A DNA stretch of 32,000 nucleotides from Pseudoalteromonas tetraodonis (lineage in GTDB: Bacteria > Pseudomonadota > Gammaproteobacteria > Enterobacterales > Alteromonadaceae). Every line of letters begins with the position of its first letter. Within the stretch, counting starts at the first letter, position 1. The position numbers and the translations under genes are program-made. Below, piece by piece: positions 21,472 to 28,416 of the stretch. Where the stretch lies: NCBI RefSeq assembly GCF_002310835.1, contig NZ_CP011041.1, positions 240,001 to 272,000 of the forward strand, written 5' to 3'. The notes below the pieces were generated by a model. It worked only from the letters and a program-made list of their open reading frames with translations. It did not search any database and was not told the origin of the DNA.

Positions 21472-22935
21472 TTGGGATCTAACGTGCGCTCAATTTTACT
21501 ACAGCAATTTAGTGGTTATTTATCTACCGATGACAGTGAACGGTATTATATCGACGATTTAACTTGGCAAGTAAAGCAGGGTGAACATTGGGTCTTACTC
21601 GGGGGTAATGGTGCTGGAAAATCAGCACTCGCAGCAGCGTTAATTGGTGAAGCAAAACAACAAAGCGGGCAACGTCATAGTACCTTTAACAAGCTACAAT
21701 TAGTGTCAAGTGATCTACAAAAGCAGTTACTTAATACGCATCGTAAAAGTGAAAAGCCACAAAAAGTAACAGACATGCTCTTTGCTGAGCCTCAAATAAA
21801 TAGCGATTTATGCCAACTGTTAATCACCGCTTTTAATTTTGATGCCTTACTTAATCGTGATTTTACTGATTTATCTACTGGCGAAACGCGTAAATTATTA
21901 TTAATTAAAGCGCTATCTGCTAACAGTGATTTAGTTGTGCTTGATGAACCATTTGATGGCTTAGACTCTGAATCGGTTGGGCAGCTCAACCGCCTATTAC
22001 AGCAGTTGAGCGCACAAACCTGCTTTGTGTTTGTGCTAAACCGTGTTGACGAAATTCCAGCGTTTGTTGATCACTTTGCTTATGTGAATAATGGTCGTTT
22101 ACAACATAGCTTGGCAAAACCGTGTGCAGCAAAACAAGCGGATTTATTCAAATTACTTCATTTAGAGCATACATCATTAAGTATTCCCGGTGCGCCTGAG
22201 CGCTGTTTTAAATCAGCGACAAACATGCCACTTGTTAAGCTCACTAATGCTCATGTGCGTTACAGCGAACAAACAATTTTTGAAAATTTAAACTGGACGA
22301 TTAACCAATATCAGCACTGGCAACTCACCGGGAAAAATGGCTCAGGTAAAACTTGTTTATTAAATTTAATTACAGGTGATAACCCTCAGTGCTATAACAA
22401 TGAGATTGAAGTGTTTGGTTTTAAGCGTGGCACAGGGGAGAGTATTTGGGATATAAAACAGCACATTGGTTATATTTCAAATACGCTACATTTGCAGTAT
22501 CGAGTGAGTATTTCGGCGCTTAATACTATTATTTCAGGGTTTTTCGATAGTATAGGTTTATATCAACAAGCCAGTGAGTTACAAACGCGTTTAGCTAAAG
22601 AGTGGTTGGCACTAATAGGTTTAAGTGACAAAACAAATAGCGCTTTTACCCAGCTATCGTATGGCGATCAGCGACTATTACTGATTGTGCGCGCAATGGT
22701 TAAACATCCTGCTTTGCTTATTTTAGATGAGCCATGTTTAGGGCTTGATGAGGCAAATCGTCAACGCGTTTTACTGCTGATTGAAAAGGTGTGTGCTGCA
22801 AAAACGAGTACCGTTATTTATGTAAACCATCATGCAGCAGATACCATTAAAGGGATTGAACACACCTTAAAAATGGAAGATTTTAAACCGGCTCACTATG
22901 GGCAACAAGCTGCTCATAGTGAGACGCTTATATAA
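21472..22935 (+). CDS. modF: ModF-like twin-domain ABC ATPase (no membrane domain)
   Basis: 487 aa, collinear with E. coli ModF (490 aa). Motifs: GGNGAGKSAL / LSTGETRK / LDEPFDGLD and GKNGSGKTCL / LSYGDQRL / LILDEPCLGLD, plus GESIWDIKQHIGYIS. The true start may be GTG 21484 rather than TTG 21472. Confidence 0.85.
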   Translation: MGSNVRSILLQQFSGYLSTDDSERYYIDDLTWQVKQGEHWVLLGGNGAGKSALAAALIGEAKQQSGQRHSTFNKLQLVSSDLQKQLLNTHRKSEKPQKVTDMLFAEPQINSDLCQLLITAFNFDALLNRDFTDLSTGETRKLLLIKALSANSDLVVLDEPFDGLDSESVGQLNRLLQQLSAQTCFVFVLNRVDEIPAFVDHFAYVNNGRLQHSLAKPCAAKQADLFKLLHLEHTSLSIPGAPERCFKSATNMPLVKLTNAHVRYSEQTIFENLNWTINQYQHWQLTGKNGSGKTCLLNLITGDNPQCYNNEIEVFGFKRGTGESIWDIKQHIGYISNTLHLQYRVSISALNTIISGFFDSIGLYQQASELQTRLAKEWLALIGLSDKTNSAFTQLSYGDQRLLLIVRAMVKHPALLILDEPCLGLDEANRQRVLLLIEKVCAAKTSTVIYVNHHAADTIKGIEHTLKMEDFKPAHYGQQAAHSETLI

Positions 22936-22941
22936 GCTTGT

Positions 22942-23820
22942 TTATAACTGAGTAACCTTAAACCCTTGGTCGCGAAGTTGTTTAATTAAACCATGCTGCT
23001 CAACTAAGTGCAGAGCACCTACCGCAATAAACACCTTACCTTGTTCAAGTTTAGGCGTGAGCTGAGTGACCCAATTATTATTGCGCTCAATAAGCATCAC
23101 TTGCTCGCTTTGTTGACCGTATTGGCTGTCATCAAAACTGGTGTGGTAATAGCTGGTTAGGGTTTGCATATCGCCCTTTTTCCATGCATCCACTAGGGTG
23201 ATAAAGTAGGTATTAATATCGCTTAGTTGCTCAAAAGTTTCTGCCATCATGGCATTGCTTAATGACTCTAAGCCATTAAACATCTGTAGTTGTTGCTCTA
23301 TGGTTTCAAGCTCCGCAATGTTAATACTGTGCTTTTGCGCGTACTCGAGTATTTGCTTATCGATGCCGTTTTTATCAGAATAGCCCGCGTTTTGAAACTC
23401 AATTTGCATCATGGTCAACATGACAGCCCAAGGTTTAAAACTGTTGAACATGGCAATATCAATCGATTTTTTAGCAAAGTAGTCTTTGAGGAGTTGATAA
23501 TTTTTTTCTGAAAGCTCGCTCTGTAGCGTACGCCCGTTAGTAAGCAGCATAAACGGCATAGAACGTTGTTGCATTTGTAATGGTGATAGTTTACTTATAT
23601 CCACTTCAACAACAACTTGATTACTGTCATCCAGTGCGTGAGTCACTTTTTGTGGTAGCCCTTTCATGCTGGCATCACCCACATGCACGGTGCCAAATAA
23701 ATACGAGCTAGCGCCTTGTTTTTCTATTTTGAATAGAGCCGGTGCTGCATAGCCATTGACGCTAAAGGCTAAAAGTAATAACACCATAAATAAATGACTA
23801 ATACGTAATGACACGTTCAT
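22942..23820 (-). CDS. TraB/GumN family periplasmic protein
   Basis: 292 aa. Signal peptide ..LLLLAFSVNGYAAPA. Family motifs GTVHVGD, VVVEVD and AVGALHL. Confidence 0.8.
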   Translation of the reverse strand: MNVSLRISHLFMVLLLLAFSVNGYAAPALFKIEKQGASSYLFGTVHVGDASMKGLPQKVTHALDDSNQVVVEVDISKLSPLQMQQRSMPFMLLTNGRTLQSELSEKNYQLLKDYFAKKSIDIAMFNSFKPWAVMLTMMQIEFQNAGYSDKNGIDKQILEYAQKHSINIAELETIEQQLQMFNGLESLSNAMMAETFEQLSDINTYFITLVDAWKKGDMQTLTSYYHTSFDDSQYGQQSEQVMLIERNNNWVTQLTPKLEQGKVFIAVGALHLVEQHGLIKQLRDQGFKVTQL

Positions 23821-23883
23821 AAAATCCTATCCAAGTTTAAGTCGTTTTATAAATACTAACTTAGTTTACTTTATAGGTAACGT

Positions 23884-23915
23884 AAAAATGCCTGATTAAT
23901 CAATCAGGCATTTTT
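23884..23915. terminator. Bidirectional-looking terminator after the sulfatase-family gene
   Basis: AAAAATGCCTGATT-AATC-AATCAGGCATTTTT. 10-bp perfect stem (23888-23897 / 23902-23911) flanked by A5 and T5. Confidence 0.8.
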
Positions 23916-23920
23916 CGGTG

Positions 23921-25870
23921 TTATTGATACCAATTATTGCTGTAGGCCATGTTGCCATAATTAGCCAGCGCACGAGCTTGCTTGATGAGTGCGCTATCGT
24001 TATGTTTGGGGTGTAATTGCTTATTTTTATAAATATAGGTGGTTGCCGGTTTATCTGGCTGCAAAATAACAACGTTATCATTTTGCATGTAAGCAAAGTT
24101 TTTATCGTACTGCATCATTGCACGCTGCTTATTTTTGGCCACAGGGCGAGTGAGATCGTGACCAATCATTGGGTGTTCACCGCTGGCGCCAATAAGCGAC
24201 AGTAAGGTGGTAGGAATATCCAGCTGACTGGCTAATTGATGATCGCGTTTGGGCTTAATACCGTTTCCAAAAATAACCGCAGGAATTCTAAAGTGATCAA
24301 TAGGTACAAGGCTGGAACCAGACACGCGTGAGTCGTGATCAGCAATCACTATAAACACAGTATCGTCCCAGTAAGATGACTTTTTCGCCTTTTCAATGAA
24401 TGTGCCTAGGGCATAATCTGCATATTTAGCTGCGTTATTACGGCTTTGCTTTGGTTGCTCAAACAGGGCTATTTTACCGTCCGGAAATTCATAAGGGCTA
24501 TGATTAGAACTACTAAAAATCAGACTAAAAAATGGCTTTTGCTGTTGTTGTAATTTATTCAGCTCTTTATCTGCTTGAGTAAATAAATCTTCGTCAGATG
24601 CGCCCCATGAACCATTAAAGTTAATGTTATCGAAGCTTTCACTATCAACAATATCACTAAAGCCGTTACCCAAAAAGAAGCTACGCATGTTGTCAAAGTG
24701 ACTTTCTCCACCATAAATAAACTGAGTATGGTAGTCCTGCTTTGCTAAAAAACTAGCCAAGGTAAAAAAGTCACGTTGTGATTTATCGAGTTTTACAACC
24801 GCGCGTGAGGGAGTCGGTGTAAAACCGGTTATAACTGCTTCAATACCGCGTACAGAGCGAGTGCCGGTAGCGTATAAGTTATCAAATCCCCAGCCCTGTT
24901 GATAAAGTGCATCTATATTAGGCGTTAAGGGTAAGCCACCTAAGGTACCTACATAACGAGCGCCCAAGCTTTCTTGCAGAATAATAACCAGGTTTTTCTT
25001 TTTACCTTGGTAGCTTGCCTGATGAAAAGTGCGGGTAGGGGCATTTGGATTATTAAATATTGCTTGAGGATTTTGCATGGTACTGCGTACTGTGGCGAGT
25101 AACTCCTCTTGAGGGACCTTGCCATAATATGCCTGACTTGATTGCTCATTGGAGAGCTGTTTTAACGCAAATGCTACGCTATATGATGAATTAAGCGTGA
25201 GGTCATTCAGCAAGTGGTCGGTCGAAAATGCCACCATAGCGGGGTTTAATGGACGATGGCCTAATGAATTTCGAGCGCCTAACAGTGTTAGGCTACATAT
25301 AATAACAGCTAATAGTGATAGTTTTATTGCCCCTAGGGACGAGCGGTTTTGCCATTGCTGAGTAAGAATTTTGTTAGCAAATTTAATGGTGAAAACGAGC
25401 GCTAAAACAGCGAAGAGGACTTCGAGTTTGTAACCTGAAAAAATCATTTTAGAGACTTCTTTAGGATAAATAAGGTATTCAATAAATAGGCGATTAGGGC
25501 GTAAGTCGTATTCGTTAATAAACGTGGGTGTAATAACCTCAAAAAACACTAACATTGCAGCCATTATTACTAAATACCACTTTACGACTCCTCGAATATA
25601 AGCAGTTAATTTGAGAGCATGTGCTGCAAGTGTTAGTAACAAAGCGGGGGTTATGATGTAGCATAATGTTGCTATATCAACACGTAAACCGCCTACAAAA
25701 ACAAAGTGCCAGGCGCCTTCGGTAAATACACGGCCACTTTGCCACAAACTTAAACCTAATCGCGCAAAAGTTAGCAAGCATAGGAGTGCGAAAAAAAATA
25801 CCGCTAAAACCCACAATGGCCCCAGTACTTTTTTAGTGCTACTGATTAAGTCCATAGCACAGACCACCAA
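23921..25870 (-). CDS. LTA-synthase/sulfatase-family membrane transferase (phosphoglycerol- or phosphoethanolamine-transferase-like)
   Basis: 649 aa. Polytopic N-terminal region, then an alkaline-phosphatase-superfamily domain (LVIILQESLGARY, YATGTRSVRGIEAVITG, VFIVIADHDSRV). The start is either 25870 or the ATG at 25855; both overlap the dgkA 3' end. Confidence 0.8.
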   Translation of the reverse strand: MVVCAMDLISSTKKVLGPLWVLAVFFFALLCLLTFARLGLSLWQSGRVFTEGAWHFVFVGGLRVDIATLCYIITPALLLTLAAHALKLTAYIRGVVKWYLVIMAAMLVFFEVITPTFINEYDLRPNRLFIEYLIYPKEVSKMIFSGYKLEVLFAVLALVFTIKFANKILTQQWQNRSSLGAIKLSLLAVIICSLTLLGARNSLGHRPLNPAMVAFSTDHLLNDLTLNSSYSVAFALKQLSNEQSSQAYYGKVPQEELLATVRSTMQNPQAIFNNPNAPTRTFHQASYQGKKKNLVIILQESLGARYVGTLGGLPLTPNIDALYQQGWGFDNLYATGTRSVRGIEAVITGFTPTPSRAVVKLDKSQRDFFTLASFLAKQDYHTQFIYGGESHFDNMRSFFLGNGFSDIVDSESFDNINFNGSWGASDEDLFTQADKELNKLQQQQKPFFSLIFSSSNHSPYEFPDGKIALFEQPKQSRNNAAKYADYALGTFIEKAKKSSYWDDTVFIVIADHDSRVSGSSLVPIDHFRIPAVIFGNGIKPKRDHQLASQLDIPTTLLSLIGASGEHPMIGHDLTRPVAKNKQRAMMQYDKNFAYMQNDNVVILQPDKPATTYIYKNKQLHPKHNDSALIKQARALANYGNMAYSNNWYQ

Positions 25871-26217
25871 ACTAAAATAGCAATAAGCATGGCGATAAAG
25901 ACACTGGCGGATGCAATATCTTTAGCTAGGCCTGATAGTTCATGATATTCGCTACCGATGCGATCAACCACCACTTCGACTGCGGTATTGACCAACTCAG
26001 CAAATAACACAAACAATAAGCTGGCAATCAAGATTAATTTGCTACTTAAAGTAATTTCTTGCAAGCAGGCAAATACGCCTAGCAAACTAAATAAAACCAA
26101 CTCTTGCTGAAAAGCAGCCTCAAATCGGCTCATCCATTTTAGGCCGTTAAATGTATGGCTTAAGGTAAAAATTAGGCGCATTAGGCCTTGGCGTTTTATA
26201 ACGGTTTTATTATTCAT
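25846..26217 (-). CDS. dgkA: Diacylglycerol kinase
   Basis: 123 aa. ..FAELVNTAVEVVVDRIGSEYHELSGLAKDIASASVF.. closely parallels E. coli DgkA (..EILNSAIEAVVDRIGSEYHELSGRAKDMGSAAV..). Its start overlaps the eptA stop (ATGA). Confidence 0.95.
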   Translation of the reverse strand: MNNKTVIKRQGLMRLIFTLSHTFNGLKWMSRFEAAFQQELVLFSLLGVFACLQEITLSSKLILIASLLFVLFAELVNTAVEVVVDRIGSEYHELSGLAKDIASASVFIAMLIAILVWWSVLWT

Positions 26218-27887
26218 ATTTTAGTTTCGCTATGGTTAATCGTTTGACATGACGCGAGTAAATCTTCAGAGGTTTGGTAGGTTTTACTCGCAACACCGGT
26301 TAAGCTTAAAAGGGTATGAAAAATAGCATCGTGTGATTGCGCTAAAGTGCTATTTAAGTTGTTTAGACACTTGGCTGTAATGCGCTGATTATGCTCATCA
26401 GCCCAGATGTAAAGAGGCACATGGGTTTGAGCTGTTGGTGCAAATGCATAGGGAAAGCCATGTAAGTATGCGCCATTTTCACCGAGCGACTCGCCATGGT
26501 CTGACACATACAGTAACTGCTTATCAATATTAGCTGGCAGTGCCTTTAACTGTTCAATAACTTGAGCGTTGATAAAATCACTATAAGCAATTGTATTATC
26601 GTAGGTGTTAACCAGTTCTTCAGCGCTACAGTTTTGAATATCGCTGCGGTCGCAGGTTGGACTAAACTGTTTAAATTTTTCAGGGTAGCGCTTAAAGTAA
26701 GTAGGGCCATGTGAACCCATCATATGCAGCACTATAACCGTATTAGCCTGACTCAAATTGGCAAGCTTGTACTTTAAAGGGGCTAGTAACGCTTCATCAA
26801 AACAGTATTTACCATCACATAGTTCAGATGCTTTGGTATCAATATTAATGGTAGGTACGCGCGTGCAGACGTTTTTACAGCCACTGTTATTATCAACCCA
26901 CAAGACATCTGCGCCTGCTTGTTGTATCAAATCAATTACGTTTTGCTGGTTATCACTGTCTAAACGAGAAAAATTGGCATGAGTTTGCAGTGAAAACATA
27001 CATGGTACTGACACTGCTGTGGCCGTGCCACACGACGATACGTTATCGAAATAAGTGACATTATGTTTTTGCGTGTATTGGTTGGTATTACGCTCATAGC
27101 CTTGGTAGGAAAAATTTTCAGCTCGAGCGGTTTCACCAACCACGATAACAGTAACTCGTGTTGTGCTTGGCGATGCTAAAGTTGGCGTGGTATCAATATT
27201 TTTAAATTCAATATCGCTATAAAGTAACTGGTCACGGGCGTATTTGTAGCCACTAGAGAGATATTGAAATGGAATAATTTCTTTTTTAAGAATACGGTTA
27301 TTACGACCCGTTGCCGCGTAATCGGCGTAAAAGTTAACGACCACTAATGCAATCAGTGCAAAGCTTGCTAAAAGCAGTTTAAGACGGCTAATAACTTCTT
27401 TGTATGGGCGAGCGCAGTTTATTTTTATTCTACTCAAAATAAAGACAGGTAATGCGGCAAAAAGCAGTAAAAAGCCAACAAGTTGCAGGTTTAAATAGCT
27501 TAACGCTTCACTAGAGTCAGTTTCGACGGTGTTTTGTATCATGGAATAATCAAACACCACACCATAGTTCAATGAGCCATATAACGCCGCACTCGAGAGC
27601 ACTAGCAGCAAGTAGTTAATGGGTTTTAGTATTCCCCGAATAGAAACCACTGAAAAGAATATGATTAGCAAACAAATCAGTAGTAACGGCACAGAAAACA
27701 AAAATAGCCATGAAAATGTGTGCAACGAGGTAATAGCGCTAAACGCACCATGCATAAATGGAATATTAATAACTAAGCCGTAATAACAAGCCATAAAAAT
27801 AATGAATGCATTAGCACTGCAATTAAAATAAAAGCGTTTTTTAGTATTTTCTTGCGGTTGCTTACTGAGTTTGAAAGTTGGGTTCAT
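26214..27887 (-). CDS. eptA: Phosphoethanolamine--lipid A transferase (EptA/MCR family)
   Basis: 557 aa. Five-TM N-terminal domain, then a catalytic domain with VVGETARAENFSYQGYERNT (Thr253 nucleophile position), HMMGSHGPTYFKRYP and SDHGESLGENGAYLHG. From memory these match the MCR-1/EptA active-site blocks. SD AAGAGG 6 nt before the ATG. Confidence 0.92.
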   Translation of the reverse strand: MNPTFKLSKQPQENTKKRFYFNCSANAFIIFMACYYGLVINIPFMHGAFSAITSLHTFSWLFLFSVPLLLICLLIIFFSVVSIRGILKPINYLLLVLSSAALYGSLNYGVVFDYSMIQNTVETDSSEALSYLNLQLVGFLLLFAALPVFILSRIKINCARPYKEVISRLKLLLASFALIALVVVNFYADYAATGRNNRILKKEIIPFQYLSSGYKYARDQLLYSDIEFKNIDTTPTLASPSTTRVTVIVVGETARAENFSYQGYERNTNQYTQKHNVTYFDNVSSCGTATAVSVPCMFSLQTHANFSRLDSDNQQNVIDLIQQAGADVLWVDNNSGCKNVCTRVPTINIDTKASELCDGKYCFDEALLAPLKYKLANLSQANTVIVLHMMGSHGPTYFKRYPEKFKQFSPTCDRSDIQNCSAEELVNTYDNTIAYSDFINAQVIEQLKALPANIDKQLLYVSDHGESLGENGAYLHGFPYAFAPTAQTHVPLYIWADEHNQRITAKCLNNLNSTLAQSHDAIFHTLLSLTGVASKTYQTSEDLLASCQTINHSETKI

Positions 27888-27931
27888 AACACGCCTCTTT
27901 TTCGTGAACGTTGTTATGCTAGGCTGCCAGA

Positions 27932-27948
27932 CTTAAGAAACTCTTAAG
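27932..27948 (-). promoter_or_regulatory. PmrA/BasR-type box: CTTAAG-N5-CTTAAG direct repeat upstream of eptA
   Basis: CTTAAG at 27932-27937, a 5-nt spacer (AAACT), and CTTAAG at 27943-27948. The proximal hexamer ends 44 nt upstream of the eptA ATG. This fits the YTTAAK-N5-YTTAAK PmrA consensus described for enterobacteria. Confidence 0.55.
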
Positions 27949-28145
27949 AAATCGATTTATTTTAATTTTGTTAGATAAAAATGAGGTGGCTTACTAAAAA
28001 TTAATCAAACCAGAATTCAGTGTTATAAGAATAGTGAATTTCCTGAGTTGAAATGAAGGGATAAAAAATCTATTTAACCTGGTTTAATTGAATTTTAAAA
28101 CCTGAGTAAGCGTGTTTTTATAATTATTTTGAATTGAATTTGGTG

Positions 28146-28174
28146 TTGACTTACCGCCCTGAGCGCGGTACTAA
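28146..28174 (+). promoter_or_regulatory. Possible ilv operon promoter (TTGACT-17 nt-TACTAA)
   Basis: TTGACT at 28146-28151 with a weak -10 TACTAA at 28169-28174, about 60 nt upstream of the leader peptide ATG. Confidence 0.3.
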
Positions 28175-28235
28175 TATAAAAAGACAGCGAAACAAGATGT
28201 TCGCAATGACTAAATCTTAAATGGTACTGAATTTT

Positions 28236-28304
28236 ATGCTTAAAAATGCACTTAACCTAGTCCTGATTATTATCGTGGTGATTATTCCCGCGAGGGCTTC
28301 GTAG
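28236..28304 (+). CDS. ilvL: ilv operon leader peptide (22 aa, MLKNALNLVLIIIVVIIPARAS)
   Basis: 12 of 22 residues are Leu/Ile/Val, including 10 consecutive (LVLIIIVVII). It lies immediately upstream of an intrinsic terminator and ilvG, the classic ilvGMEDA-type attenuation layout. Confidence 0.75.
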   Translation: MLKNALNLVLIIIVVIIPARAS

Positions 28305-28328
28305 TGCTTTAAAAAACTAAGCATTGAA

Positions 28329-28363
28329 AAGCCCTCCGCACTTAACCGTCCGGGGGGCTTTTT
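28329..28363 (+). terminator. ilv attenuator terminator
   Basis: GCCCTCCG (28331-28338) / CGGGGGGC (28351-28358, one G-U pair), then TTTTT at 28359-28363. The left arm AAGCCCTC (28329-28336) can instead pair with GAGGGCTT (28292-28299) at the end of the leader ORF, forming an antiterminator. Confidence 0.75.
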
Positions 28364-28416
28364 AGTTTTAGAGTTAAATTTTTAATGGGTTGTCACACAG
28401 GAATGAGGATTTACTA

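Noticed and set aside
27950-28140. AT-rich repeats upstream of the ilv promoter (CCTGAGT twice, TTGAATTGAATT) as possible Lrp/IHF sites.
   Set aside because: The motifs are short and degenerate. The region is a divergent intergenic spacer where AT-richness is expected. I cannot match a consensus confidently without a matrix scan.
16317-28235. Interpreting the accessory block as a mobile genomic island or defence island.
   Set aside because: There is no integrase, transposase, recombinase, phage or conjugation gene. There are no flanking inverted repeats and no tRNA. No copy of the tuf-tail repeat is visible at the distal boundary (27.9-28.2 kb). No nuclease, helicase or methylase-type genes are present. 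Only the weaker synteny-break/rearrangement statement is retained as a finding.
28390-28416. TTG start at 28390 for ilvG, as given by the ORF track (MSHRNEDLL-MTG..).
   Set aside because: ATG 28417 has a GAGGA SD at ideal spacing, and that SD lies inside the proposed extension. The extension would also begin only 27 nt after the attenuator T-tract. N-terminal alignment with IlvG (MxGAxxxxxxL) fits the ATG.
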